Below are positions 38,345 to 49,134 of a stretch of 64,000 nucleotides of DNA, piece by piece. Every line of letters starts with the position of its first letter. The stretch's first letter is position 1. A model generated the notes under the pieces. The model was given only the letters and a program-made list of their open reading frames with translations, was not told the origin of the DNA and ran no database searches. The stretch covers positions 1 through 64,000 of the forward strand of contig CAWJLW010000010.1 of NCBI GenBank assembly GCA_963843795.1. The letters are read 5' to 3'. This DNA comes from an uncultured bacterium. Lineage in GTDB: Bacteria > Armatimonadota > Abditibacteriia > Abditibacteriales > Abditibacteriaceae. The position numbers and the translations under genes were made by a program.

Positions 38345-40345
38345 ATGAGCAAGCAGCCAATAATGAGCAAGCAGCAAGTCGCGCCGAAAACATTTTCGCG
38401 CAGCGCAACGGCGCGTAATGGCGGGGCGGGTGCGCACGGAACTCTGGCCGATGCCGCGCTGCCCGGCGCAGCGTTCGACCCCAACGATTTTGGCGTTGAA
38501 CTTTCGCAAACCTCTCTTGCAGAAGCCGACGAACTTCTCAAAGCCACAATGGACGAAGTGATGCGCGTGGTCGGTGGCACGCGCGCGTTTTTAGCGCTCG
38601 TCGATTTGTATTCCGGCGAACTCGCCTTGCGTTTCACGGTCGGCGAAGGCTGGACGGAAGATATTCGTCGCCTGCGCGTCAACATGACCCAAAACGCCGC
38701 TCAAGTCGCCGCACAAGGCCCCAAAGGGGCGGAAAGCGAAGTCGCCCGTGCGGTGCGCGCGCGTTTGGCCGGACGACAGGGCATCACGCGTCACGTCGTG
38801 GTCAATGGCCGCGCGTATTGGACGGGCGATGTCGAACGAGATCCGCATTATCTGCCGTTTTTCGACGACGTGAAAAGCGAACTCGCCGTGCCTATTACAG
38901 CACGCGGCGGCGGCACGGTGGGCGTTTTGAATGTGGAAAGCCCTGAGCCCAACGCTTTCAACGAAAGCCATGTGCAAATTCTCAGCGTGCTGGCGCGTCG
39001 CGTCGCGGTAATTATCGCGATGGCCGAACACCAACTGCGCGAGGAAGCGCTAATTTCGGTTGGGAAAGATTTCAACTCGGCTGCCGATTTGGAAACCCTG
39101 ATGAGCCACGTCGTGCAGCAGGCGACGAAGATTCTGCGCGCAGAAGATTGCTCGCTGTTTCTCGACGTTGATAACAACGACGAAACGCTCGAATTGGTCG
39201 CGTCCAACGGACCACTATCGGACAAAGTCGGGCAACACGGCGCGGCTTATCGCATCGGAGAAGGTTTGACGGGCTGGGTGGCGCAGCACGAAAAAACCAT
39301 CCGCGTCGGCGATCCGCGCACTGATGGACGTTGGAAAGGTTTGTTCATGGAAGCGCCCGCCGGTGAAATCGCCGCAGTTCTGGCCGTTCCGGTAAAATTG
39401 CAACGAGGGCAAGCGGGCGTGCTGCGCGTGGTGCGCCATCGCAAAGGCAGCTTGTATTTTCTGCCCCACGAATTTTCGCAGGCCGACGAAGATGTTCTGG
39501 TCACTCTTGCCGGACAATTGGCCGTCGCCATCGACCGCACACGACTTCTGGGCCGCTTGTTGGACGCCGAGCGCATGGCGGCGTGGGGCGAAATGAGCGC
39601 CCGCAGCGCGCACATGATCGGCAACACGGTTTTCGGCGTTAAAGGCCACATCAACGAGTTATCTCATTTGATGCAGCCGCAACGTTTGGGTGAAGCCGGC
39701 GCACTTCAAGGCGATGAACTGGACGATGCGCGGCAAATGGTCGAATCCGTGACGCGTGGCATTTATCGTTTGGAAGGCATTCTCAGCGAATTCCGCGATT
39801 TCGTTTTAGCCACGCAACTGCACCCGACCGAAAGCGATGTCAACCACATTTTGCGCAACGTCGCAGCGGAAAGTTTCCCCAAACGCTCGAACATTGATTT
39901 GGTGTTGAACCTCGCGCCCGCCTTGCCGAATTTATGGTTGGACGAAGTGAAATTGAAGCGCGCCTTTGCCGAACTAATTGAAAATTCGGTCGATTTCCAG
40001 CCCGACGGCGGAATGCTGACCATCAAAACCTCGCTGGCCGAACCGGAAAACGTGCGCCACTTTTTGCGCGGTGCGAATCTGCAAACCCCGTTTGTGCAAA
40101 TCGAGTTCATCGACCACGGCCCAGGTTTGAACGAACAAGACCGCGCGCGCGCTTTCACGCCGTTTTACACGCGCAAAGCGAAAGGTATGGGTTTGGGCTT
40201 GTCGATTGTCAAGGGCATTATCGAAGCCCATAAAGGCAGCATCGCCGAAATCGGCAGCGACGACAGTGACGAAAATGGCGGCGCGCATTTTCTGATTCTT
40301 TTGCCCGGCGAAAAAACCGAAATTCTGCGCAAAGAAGAATCCTAA
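38345..40345 (+). CDS. GAF-GAF sensor histidine kinase
   Basis: Two GAF domains (SELAVPI..VGVLNVES; GEGLTGWVA..LAVPV), H-box ARSAHMIGN, ELIENS, DHGPG, PFYTRKAKGMGLGL. Confidence 0.92.
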   Translation: MSKQPIMSKQQVAPKTFSRSATARNGGAGAHGTLADAALPGAAFDPNDFGVELSQTSLAEADELLKATMDEVMRVVGGTRAFLALVDLYSGELALRFTVGEGWTEDIRRLRVNMTQNAAQVAAQGPKGAESEVARAVRARLAGRQGITRHVVVNGRAYWTGDVERDPHYLPFFDDVKSELAVPITARGGGTVGVLNVESPEPNAFNESHVQILSVLARRVAVIIAMAEHQLREEALISVGKDFNSAADLETLMSHVVQQATKILRAEDCSLFLDVDNNDETLELVASNGPLSDKVGQHGAAYRIGEGLTGWVAQHEKTIRVGDPRTDGRWKGLFMEAPAGEIAAVLAVPVKLQRGQAGVLRVVRHRKGSLYFLPHEFSQADEDVLVTLAGQLAVAIDRTRLLGRLLDAERMAAWGEMSARSAHMIGNTVFGVKGHINELSHLMQPQRLGEAGALQGDELDDARQMVESVTRGIYRLEGILSEFRDFVLATQLHPTESDVNHILRNVAAESFPKRSNIDLVLNLAPALPNLWLDEVKLKRAFAELIENSVDFQPDGGMLTIKTSLAEPENVRHFLRGANLQTPFVQIEFIDHGPGLNEQDRARAFTPFYTRKAKGMGLGLSIVKGIIEAHKGSIAEIGSDDSDENGGAHFLILLPGEKTEILRKEES

Positions 40346-40400
40346 AAGACGCTGCAAGTACTTGCCACACAGTTTCAATTGCCGATGGAACCAGGAGATT

Positions 40401-40856
40401 ATGGGAAATTTATTAATCGTCGATGACGAAGAAGATGTGCGTATGTCGCTGGAACGCCGCATGAAGCGCGATGGCCACACGGTTGTAACCGGCGGCTCGC
40501 AGGAAGAAGCAACCAGCATTATCGAAAACAGCGAACAACCGTTTGATGTAGTTTTGACCGATATGCTGATGGAATCGCCCGCTTCGGGAGTTGAGGTTTT
40601 GAAAGCTGCTCTGGCGCGCGATGTGTTCACCGAAGTCGTGATTTTAACCGCTTACGGCAACGTAACCAACGCCGTCGAATGTATGAAAATGGGCGCGTTT
40701 GATTATGTCGAGAAAAACATTCCCGGCGTCGATGTTTACGAGCTGATTTGCATTAAAATCGAACAAGCTCTTGAACGTCGCCGCTCGTCGCTTTCCACCG
40801 TGCGCCGATTGGAACAGTTCGCGCAGTTTCAGGAAGCGCGCGACCGGAAAAATTAA
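40401..40856 (+). CDS. Response regulator (receiver domain with short C-terminal helix)
   Basis: AGGAG RBS; LLIVDDEE, DVVLTDMLM, VILTAYG, GAFDYVEK. Confidence 0.93.
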   Translation: MGNLLIVDDEEDVRMSLERRMKRDGHTVVTGGSQEEATSIIENSEQPFDVVLTDMLMESPASGVEVLKAALARDVFTEVVILTAYGNVTNAVECMKMGAFDYVEKNIPGVDVYELICIKIEQALERRRSSLSTVRRLEQFAQFQEARDRKN

Positions 40857-40877
40857 GATTTTGAAAGTCGAAAATGT

Positions 40878-40913
40878 CAAAAGCGCGCTGCAAGTACTTG
40901 CAGCGCGCTTTTG
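40878..40913. terminator. 36-bp perfect palindrome centred on the iterated motif between convergent genes
   Basis: CAAAAGCGCGCTGCAAGTACTTGCAGCGCGCTTTTG. Confidence 0.85.
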
Positions 40914-40932
40914 TCTTCTTTAATTTTCAACT

Positions 40933-42795
40933 TCACGGTTTCTTGCCATCGCCAGCCGAAGCCAAATCTTTGCGTTGCCACACGCGCACGTAGTCAATCA
41001 CGAAATCGGCGGGCAGTTTGGTTTCGTCTAATGCGTCGTTGTCCCAACCGCCCATCGGCAGCGTGAACATCAGAATTTCGGGATGCGTTCCGATGCGCGG
41101 GTTTTCCCAGCGCGCCAGTTCGCGCCCGTTGGCGTAATAAACCGCGACGCCCGGCGTCCATAATAAACCAGTGGTGATGAAACCATCTTGGTCAGGCTGC
41201 AAATAAAGTTTATCGCTGCCGATAGATTTGTGGTCTTTGTCGTAGCCATCGTAGTGCATGGCGATGTTGTAGCGGTTCGGCCCCCAGCGCGTGAGATGCT
41301 CCATGATGTCGAACTCCATACCGCCATCGCTCGTGCTCTGACGCTTCCATTCTTCGGGGCCGCCTTCGCGACCGCGGTCGGGCATCATCCAGAACGCGGG
41401 CCACAAACCGGGCGCTTGCGGCAGCTTCATACGCGCCTCGAAATAACCGTAGCGCTGCGCCCATTTATCAAAAGTGTGTAAGTAGCCCGATTGCCACGGC
41501 GTTTCTTTTTTGGTCGGATCATCGTTGTTGAAGCCGGTTTTTTTCTCGTAGCGCAACTTCGCCATGCCATCGGCGACAATCACATTGTCTTTGCTCCAAT
41601 GGCTTTGCTTGTCCCAATAATTTTCCCCGTAAACGCTCCAAATTGACGGATCAAGCGGACGGTCGAAATTCTCATCCAACGTCTTTATCCAATCGCCAGC
41701 GACCGGCGGACGCTTGCCCAGCCAATCGGGAAGTTCCAAGGTTGGCATCTCAGCGCGCATTTCTTGAACTGAAATCGTGCGCTCGGTATCGGCTTTATCC
41801 GCAGCCATCACTAAAGATGCAACTGCATCGTTGTTGATGGTGTTGGGCTTGGCTTTATCGGACAAATTATGCGACGCAGCGGGCGCAAAGGGCACCACAA
41901 CATCGCGCGTTTCATTAGCGTTCAATCTCGCTTCAATCCAATCCGACGGGCCGCCGTTGCTTTCCAAACGCAATTTCAATGTGGCCGGCGCGGCGCTTTG
42001 GTTTTTCACCTGTACGCGCATCTGCAAGTACTTGCGTAAATCCCAACGGCCTTGCGCTGGTTTGATAGTGACTTTCTGATCTGTCTCGTTAACCGGAAAA
42101 TTGACCTTCAGTGCACCGTTCTCTAATTGTGCCGTTGCGTGATTGGTGCTAATCTGTTCGGCACTGAGCGCGGAATTTCCGTTCATTAGCCAACCCTCTT
42201 TGGGCGCGATGCGCAGCGCCGAAGATTCGACCGCTGGCTTTTCGCCCGCCGGCCCGCTGGCTTCGATGCTTTCAATGCGAAACGATTGCTTGACATCGGA
42301 TTTACCGGCGAAAATTTGCACGTTGCTGATGGTTTCGGGCTTCAAGGGATAACCGGTTTTAAAGCCATATTGAAAACCGAAGATCGTTTTCGCCGTCCCG
42401 CTTTCGCCTGGTTGCAGCGAAATCGTTTCGGTATTCCAACGATTCTCCTGCCACGGACCGGGATTATCGATGCGCAGAGAAATCGAAGCCGCTTTGGTTC
42501 CCAGATTCACGATGCGCGCTTCGATATGGCCGAATTTCGATAAATCCCAGCTTTCGTTTTCGGGCTTCACGCTCACACCCGGATAACCTTCCGGCCCGGT
42601 TTCAATCGTCATCACGAAGCCTTCGGGCGCGGGCGCGATTTTCACCTGCTCGGAATTGGGCACCACGCGCGCGAGATTATCGGCTTTGATTTCCAACAAC
42701 GGCAGGGGCGCTTCATCGGCGCGAGCGATGGGCGTGAAAAATGTAGCCGCGAGGCTGAGCGCGAACGGAAGTAAAGTTGTGAATTTGATTATCAT
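40933..42795 (-). CDS. Secreted GH16 glycoside hydrolase with two N-terminal CBM-like domains
   Basis: C-terminal YGYFEARMKL, GLWPAFWMMP, GMEFDIMEH, IDYVRVWQ; two 'WDL.K(F/Y)' CBM-like repeats. Confidence 0.88.
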   Translation of the reverse strand: MIIKFTTLLPFALSLAATFFTPIARADEAPLPLLEIKADNLARVVPNSEQVKIAPAPEGFVMTIETGPEGYPGVSVKPENESWDLSKFGHIEARIVNLGTKAASISLRIDNPGPWQENRWNTETISLQPGESGTAKTIFGFQYGFKTGYPLKPETISNVQIFAGKSDVKQSFRIESIEASGPAGEKPAVESSALRIAPKEGWLMNGNSALSAEQISTNHATAQLENGALKVNFPVNETDQKVTIKPAQGRWDLRKYLQMRVQVKNQSAAPATLKLRLESNGGPSDWIEARLNANETRDVVVPFAPAASHNLSDKAKPNTINNDAVASLVMAADKADTERTISVQEMRAEMPTLELPDWLGKRPPVAGDWIKTLDENFDRPLDPSIWSVYGENYWDKQSHWSKDNVIVADGMAKLRYEKKTGFNNDDPTKKETPWQSGYLHTFDKWAQRYGYFEARMKLPQAPGLWPAFWMMPDRGREGGPEEWKRQSTSDGGMEFDIMEHLTRWGPNRYNIAMHYDGYDKDHKSIGSDKLYLQPDQDGFITTGLLWTPGVAVYYANGRELARWENPRIGTHPEILMFTLPMGGWDNDALDETKLPADFVIDYVRVWQRKDLASAGDGKKP

Positions 42796-44123
42796 GGCTT
42801 TTGGTTTTGCAGGAATTGGACACTTGCAGAGGTTGGATTATCGCGCGTGACACGGAATTTTGTCGTGATAGCGTTGCCACATTGCGCGGTGACGAAATTT
42901 TCCGCGCCAGCATCGCCTTGAAGCCACGTCGATTCACCCATGTACGTTGTTTCCTGAGTGTGCCATTCGGGTTTGAGCGGGTCATTGGGCCATGGCAAAT
43001 TTTTGTCTTTCTTCACGACGCGAAAGCCCACAACTGTCGATTCGGGGACCGTAACACCATTTTGGGTGGCAACTTTCCAAGTCTTGCCTTGATTTACCGA
43101 AACTTCGACGCGAGCGATGCTCTGGCGCGATGCCGTAGCGCGCACCGAATCGAGAAAGACACCGCTCTGATTTTTCAAATGCAACAACGTCGTCGCAGCC
43201 ACGTTCGCGAAGTTACCATCGATCTCTACGCGCACTACAAAGCGTTGATTTGCTGGCAAAAGAGGCGTACTCCAACCACTAAAGCTGTAAATGGCATCGG
43301 TAATGTCGTTGCCGCCAGAGGCTGCGTCGAAGAAGTGAATCGCGGCGCTATTTGGGCTGCTTTGAGTGACTTCAGCCTCCAACTTGAACATCGCGCTCAC
43401 ATCGCTCTGATTGTGAATATCGACGCGATAGATAGATTTTTCGCCAGAAACCGCCACTTGCTCGGCGGTTTGGTCTTCGGCGACATCGCCGTATAAATCT
43501 TTGCCCAAAATTTCTTTGCTTTGGACAGTGTTGCCCGCGTTGCGAATCGTCAAGTCACCCTGACGCACTGCAGTCACTACGCGCCCGCCCGCGTGTGGCG
43601 ATGCCGGTGGCACTGCGGGCACGCTTGGCGGAACAGTTAGCGGGGCGCTCGAAACAACCGATGCATCGTTCGAAATCACATTGAAAAGCGCCGAACTTTG
43701 CGGCCACCACAACGCGGCTGTGCTGATGCGATAATTATAGCCAGCGGGCGCGTTTTTCGGAGCATCAATGATAAATCTGGGCCTATTGTTCCAGCCGGTG
43801 TACTGCACGCGCGCGCCCCAACCATTATCGTGCCCGCCCGCAACCGATACGAACGAAGCCACGACCGCGCCGTTGGGCGCCACAATTTCGCAGCGTCCGT
43901 TGGCCGGACCTTGAAAATTTGTTGCCTCAACCCCCGCGCTTTGACCGGCAACGATTGAAAAGTTCACTCCGTTACTTGCGGGAATCTCAAAGCCGCGTGG
44001 GACCAGCGCCAGCCACAATGCCCCCGAACCGCACACAACTAGCAAATAAAGCAGCGCGCAATTGCGCAAACTGAACCCATTGTGATTTGGGTTCGGGGGA
44101 GAATTGGGATGGGAATTTGGCAT
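42792..44123 (-). CDS. Hypothetical membrane-anchored extracellular beta-rich protein
   Basis: Long ORF with an N-terminal TM helix and a Pro-rich linker; its stop overlaps the start of the GH16 gene; start uncertain. Confidence 0.65.
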   Translation of the reverse strand: MPNSHPNSPPNPNHNGFSLRNCALLYLLVVCGSGALWLALVPRGFEIPASNGVNFSIVAGQSAGVEATNFQGPANGRCEIVAPNGAVVASFVSVAGGHDNGWGARVQYTGWNNRPRFIIDAPKNAPAGYNYRISTAALWWPQSSALFNVISNDASVVSSAPLTVPPSVPAVPPASPHAGGRVVTAVRQGDLTIRNAGNTVQSKEILGKDLYGDVAEDQTAEQVAVSGEKSIYRVDIHNQSDVSAMFKLEAEVTQSSPNSAAIHFFDAASGGNDITDAIYSFSGWSTPLLPANQRFVVRVEIDGNFANVAATTLLHLKNQSGVFLDSVRATASRQSIARVEVSVNQGKTWKVATQNGVTVPESTVVGFRVVKKDKNLPWPNDPLKPEWHTQETTYMGESTWLQGDAGAENFVTAQCGNAITTKFRVTRDNPTSASVQFLQNQKP

Positions 44124-44225
44124 AGCACACACTTTTCACAATTTCGACTTGGCGTCATTTGCCGACAGTTCACTACTCTGATACCCCATTTTAACTGAAG
44201 TCGCTCACAATTTTATTTTCATGAC

Positions 44226-44263
44226 AAAAAAGCCCGCTGCAAGTGCTTGCAGCGGGCTTTTTT
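44226..44263 (-). terminator. 38-bp hairpin with variant core GCAAGTGCTTGC, downstream of ndh
   Basis: AAAAAAGCCCGCTGCAAGTGCTTGCAGCGGGCTTTTTT. Confidence 0.85.
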
Positions 44264-44305
44264 CTTAGTTCAACGCTGCAAGTACTTGCAGTGTGAGTTA
44301 TGAGC

Positions 44306-45706
44306 TTATTTCGTGGCGATAGAACCGATGGCGGTTTGCACGGGCGCGCCGGGCGTTTCCACACCAGTCGCGGGCGCGTTCAATTGCGCATCTGCGCCGT
44401 GGGCTTGGGTTGAATACAATTCCTTGTCATCGGCACCAACTTCTTTGGTGATTAAACGCAATTGACGGTCCATTAGCGCATAATCCCAAATCCAGTTGAT
44501 AATCGTCAGAACGCGGTTGCGAATGCCTTGCATCAGCGCGACGTGAACCGCCAGCCAGCCCATCCAGGCAGCGAAGCCGGTCATCTTGACTTTGCCCATC
44601 GAAGGGCCGGTCTCGGCAACAGCGATTTTACGACCGATGATCGCCATTTTGCCCTTGTCGAAATATTTGAACGGTTTCACCGGCAAACGCTTTTCTTTGC
44701 CGATGATATATTTCGCGACATATTGACCGCTTTGCACCGCGACCGGAGCCACGCCCGGCAGCGGTTTGCCATCTTCCTCATACCAGCCCATGTCGCCGAT
44801 AACGAAAATTTCGGGGTGCTCGGCAATCGCCCAATGTTCGTTCACCGGAACTCGTCCGCCGCGCTGCTTGGGCACATCCAAAGCCTCGGCTAAAGGCGGC
44901 GCTTTCACACCAGCCGCCCAGAACATGGTGAACATCGGGAGGGTTGAACCATCGCCCAACTGGATCAAATCGGTTTTAGTGCCGTTTTCACCGGCGCGCG
45001 TCACGCCTTTGACAGCCGTGTTCAAGCGCACATCGACGCCGATATCGCGCAGCTTTTGTTCCGCGTATTTCTGCAATTTTTCCGGAAACGGCGGCAGCAC
45101 AACGCCCAGCGCTTCGATCATCACGACTTTACATTCTTTGGGCGAGATCGTCGGAAAATCTTTGCTCAGAACTTGAATCAATTCGATCAACGAACCCGAA
45201 TATTCGGTGCCGGTCGGGCCAGCGCCGACAACGGCGAAGGTTAATAAAGCGCTGCGAATTTCCGGGTCTTTTTCTAATGAAGCACGCTCGAAAATTGCCA
45301 GAACGTGGTTACGAAGCGCGACGGCGTCGTTCAATTGTTTGAGATCGTAGGCGTATTCCTGCACGCTGGTCATACCGAAATGATTGGTAACACTGCCCGC
45401 GGCCATGATGAGATAATCGTAAGCAATTGGGCCGTCGCTGGTGAGGACAGTTTTGTTTTCAATATCGACTTTTTGCACTTCGGCCATTTGAAAACGCACA
45501 CCGCGCTTGCCGCGCATAATGGCGCGAATCGGATGCGCGATGGATTCATGGTTCAAACTCGCCGTCGCCACCTGATACAACAGCGGCTGAAACAAATGAT
45601 AGTTGCGTCGATCCAAACACAACACTTCCAAACCCGAACCCGCCAATTCCTCGGCAGCGGCCACGCCGCCAAAACCCATGCCCGCAATAATTACTTTCTT
45701 CGCCAT
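44306..45706 (-). CDS. ndh: Type II NADH dehydrogenase
   Basis: IIAGMGFGG, HLFQPLLYQVAT, YDYLIMAAGS, VGAGPTGTE, WAAGV, FVIGD, FKYFDKG.MA.IGR. Confidence 0.93.
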   Translation of the reverse strand: MAKKVIIAGMGFGGVAAAEELAGSGLEVLCLDRRNYHLFQPLLYQVATASLNHESIAHPIRAIMRGKRGVRFQMAEVQKVDIENKTVLTSDGPIAYDYLIMAAGSVTNHFGMTSVQEYAYDLKQLNDAVALRNHVLAIFERASLEKDPEIRSALLTFAVVGAGPTGTEYSGSLIELIQVLSKDFPTISPKECKVVMIEALGVVLPPFPEKLQKYAEQKLRDIGVDVRLNTAVKGVTRAGENGTKTDLIQLGDGSTLPMFTMFWAAGVKAPPLAEALDVPKQRGGRVPVNEHWAIAEHPEIFVIGDMGWYEEDGKPLPGVAPVAVQSGQYVAKYIIGKEKRLPVKPFKYFDKGKMAIIGRKIAVAETGPSMGKVKMTGFAAWMGWLAVHVALMQGIRNRVLTIINWIWDYALMDRQLRLITKEVGADDKELYSTQAHGADAQLNAPATGVETPGAPVQTAIGSIATK

Positions 45707-45925
45707 ATCAGTTCTCCCAACTTACAATTTTCACATTTACCCATTCGATTTAATCAGCTTGTGAACAATTTCACAAGCCCCCCATGCAAAATTTTGACAC
45801 GTTCATTGGTGTTTATCGATTGAAATCGCTGTTATTTGCATTCTGCAAGTACTTGCGAGCGTCGAAAGTGCGCAACGCGGTCTTTGATAACCTTTCTGAA
45901 AGGCTGTTATTGGAGGAAATTTCTC

Positions 45926-48329
45926 GTGCATAATCGTCAACTATTCATCGTCGCCGCAACTCTGTTCGTCACCAGCGCTTGCGTTATGGCCGCACCGAAC
46001 ACACATCCGCCCGACCGCGCCAAAGATGTCATGCAAAAACGTTCTCAAAACCGTGCTGCCAAAAATAGTGCAGCCAAATGGTGGCCCGAAAGCATCGAAA
46101 GCGCGCTCAAAAACGCTGGTAATAATCGCGCGCAACTGCTCACCGCATTGCAAAGCGTGCCAACCGCACAGCGCGAAGGCTTGCAATTTTTGCTGCTCAA
46201 TATGCCACAAAGCGATTTGCAAAATTTGTCGTCGAAATTTCTGCTCGATCATCTGAACACGATTTACACTAGTTGGAAGCGCGCACCGTGGAAAAATAGC
46301 GTGCCTCAGGAAATTTTCCTCAACGATGTGCTGCCCTACGCTTCGCTGAACGAACAGCGCGAGCCGTGGAGCGAAACACTGCGCGATAAAGCGCTGCCTT
46401 TGGTCGCAGGTATCGCTACGCCAACACAAGCCGCGATGCGCTTGAACGAAAAATTGTTTCCGCTTGTGAACGTGCGCTATTCGACGCAGCGCCAGCGCGC
46501 CGATCAAAGCCCGTCGCAAAGCATGGGCAGCGGTTTGGCTTCGTGTTCAGGTTTGTCGATTTTGCTGGTCGATGCCTGTCGCGCGGTCGGCGTGCCCGCA
46601 CGCGTAGTTGGCACGCCATTATGGACAAACGGGCGCGGCAATCATACCTGGGTCGAAATTTGGGACGGCGAGTGGAAGTTTCTGGGCGCAGCCGAACCCG
46701 ACGACAAAGGTTTGAATCACGGTTGGTTCACCGGTGATGCGGCGCAGGCGAAAAAAGATGTACCGCAAAACGCGATTTATGCCACCAGCTTTCGTAAAAC
46801 CGGCACCAACTTTCCGATGGTGTGGGCCGAAGACAACAAAAGCGTGCCCGCAATTAATGTGACCAATCGTTACGCCAAAGAAGATGCAACCAAAGGCAAC
46901 AAGACGCGCGTTTTATTCAAAGTTATCGATAGTCGAAGGTCAGCGCGTCGAAAGCAAAGTTGTGGTCAGCGACCGCGTGGGCCAACCGCAGTTCAGCGGT
47001 TTCAGCCGTGGCGAAAGCGCCGACTTGAACAATTTTCTGAGTGTCGGTTTAAAAGCGGGCGCAACTTATCAGGTCAAAATCAACGATGAAGCGCCGCAAA
47101 CTTTCACGGTTTCCAACGCGCCTGAACAATTAATTGTCAGCAAAATCAAAGCACTAAGTGACCAAACTGCAACTGCGTTAAAAACTGAACTGACCAAGTA
47201 CTTTGTGGCTTCGCCTCAGCAACAAGCCGCTTGGAAGTTTGCTCCGCGCTTTGAGCAAGCTTTGAGTTTGGACGAAGAATCGGTGCGCCAAATCGCGTGG
47301 AGCGCTTACAAAGCCGCGCCGATTCACGGCAAAGCCAAAAGCGATTACGATATCAATCAAGTAACATTTGGCAAGTATCTCAGCCCCTATAAAATGCACA
47401 CTGTTGGCGAAAAACCTAAAAACGGTTGGGGTTTGGTGATCGCGATGCATGGCGGCGGCGGAACAGCCAAAGAAGTCAATGACAGTCAGTGGGAAGGCAT
47501 GGCAAAGCATTACAAAGATCATCCCGAAAAAGGTGGCTATATTTATCTCGCCCTGCGTGCGCCCAACGATACCTGGAATGGTTTTTACGACGATTACGTT
47601 TATCCCTTGATTGGCAACTTGATTCAGCAGTTCACGCTCTTTGGTGGTGTCGATCCCGACAAGGTGTATTTAATTGGTTATTCGCACGGAGGTTACGGCG
47701 CGTTCGCGATTGGTCCGAAAACGCCCGACCGTTTCGCCGCGATTCACGCTTCGGCGGGCGCGGGCACCGATGGCGAAAGCGCGCCCAAAAACTTGCGTAA
47801 TACACCGTTTAGCGTGTTGGTTGGCGAGTTCGATACGATGTATGACCGTAAAAGTCGCACTGAACGTTTCGCCCAGGAAATTGAAGCATTGCGCGGCGAC
47901 CGCAAAGATATTTATCCCGTCACTGCCGATATCGCCAAAGGTTTTCAACACGGCAATCTGCAAGACCAAGACAAATTGATTGATATGCTGCCCTTGACAC
48001 GCAACCCGGTGCCGCGCGAATTAACGTGGCTGATGACCGATGCAGTGGTGCGCGATTTCTTCTGGCTGCACACCGATGCGCCCGCCAAAGAACGCGAAAT
48101 CGACGCGACATGTCGCGACAACAAGCTCACTGTCAAAACGCAAAATGCAATTAAAACGACAATTTATCTCGATAGCCGCTTAATTGATTTCGGCAAGCCG
48201 CTGCAAATGGAAATTAATGGCCAGAAATCGGAGCGTAAACTCACGCCCTCGCTCCAAACGCTATGCGAAACTCTGCAACGTCGCGGCGATCCAAAACTCG
48301 CGTTTACTGCGAAAGTTGAAGTGAAATAA
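45926..48329 (+). CDS. Secreted transglutaminase-like domain fused to an alpha/beta hydrolase domain; one frameshift near 46932
   Basis: GTG start after GGAGG; ASCSGLSILLVDACRAVGVPARVVG..NHTWVEIWD; second frame AMHGGGG, LIGYSHGGYG (GxSxG), FQHG. The frames join at VID/EGQRVESK. Confidence 0.8.
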
Positions 48330-48348
48330 ATCGCAATTCAATCTAGCA

Positions 48349-48382
48349 AAACGGGCGCTGCAAGTACTTGCAGCGCCCGTTT
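48349..48382. terminator. 34-bp perfect palindrome centred on the iterated motif between convergent genes
   Basis: AAACGGGCGCTGCAAGTACTTGCAGCGCCCGTTT. Confidence 0.8.
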
Positions 48383-48388
48383 GGTGTT

Positions 48389-49000
48389 TCACTTCAAGTA
48401 TTCGCTCAGAATTTGTCGCCACAATTCGTAACCTTTGGCATTTACATGCAATTCATCTTCGTTGAACAAATCGGGCATTGGTTCGCCGTTTTGACCCAGC
48501 ATCGCGTTGAAAACATCGACGAATTGCGCGCGCTCGTCAGTCGCAATTTGTTCCTGAATGAGCATATTTGTGCGTCGGAAATTATCGGCCAGGTGCCAGC
48601 GCGAGGGGCTGGCTTTAGGCGAAAGATACAGAATGTTGGAGGCGGGTAATTGCGCGTGCGCCATTGCAGCGAAGCAACGATAATCTTCGCTGACACGTTC
48701 GGGCGTCGCGCCATCGCCCAAATCGTTGTCGCCGCCATAAACAACGATAGTTTTTGGATTATAGGGCGTCACAATTTGCGCGAAAAAGTAATTCACATCT
48801 TGCAATTGCGAGCCGCCGAAGCCACGATTGATGACTGGAAATTCGGGGAAACTTTCGCGCAAATTGTCCCACAATCGGAATGAGGAACTGCCGACGAAAA
48901 GTACGGCATCGGCGGGCGGAGTTTGAATGCGGTCGATTTGAGCGAATGCGTCGATTTCTTCGCGCCAGAGTTCTTCGCGGTCGTAAGAGGGAATATTCAT
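48389..49000 (-). CDS. SGNH/GDSL hydrolase
   Basis: VLFVGSSSF, INRGFGGS, YGGDND, DELHVNAKGY. Confidence 0.92.
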   Translation of the reverse strand: MNIPSYDREELWREEIDAFAQIDRIQTPPADAVLFVGSSSFRLWDNLRESFPEFPVINRGFGGSQLQDVNYFFAQIVTPYNPKTIVVYGGDNDLGDGATPERVSEDYRCFAAMAHAQLPASNILYLSPKASPSRWHLADNFRRTNMLIQEQIATDERAQFVDVFNAMLGQNGEPMPDLFNEDELHVNAKGYELWRQILSEYLK

Positions 49001-49017
49001 GGAGACAAGTTGAACAA

Positions 49018-49053
49018 AAAAAACGCGTGGCAAGTACTTGCCACGCGTTTTTT
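49018..49053. repeat. 36-bp perfect palindrome centred on the iterated motif, in a divergent intergenic region
   Basis: AAAAAACGCGTGGCAAGTACTTGCCACGCGTTTTTT. Confidence 0.9.
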
Positions 49054-49134
49054 GAAGTGAAAGCTAAGTTACACTGCGCCTTACTCAGCAGCAAGTGTTT
49101 GCAGAACATTTTTCAGAAATAGGGGCATAAATTC

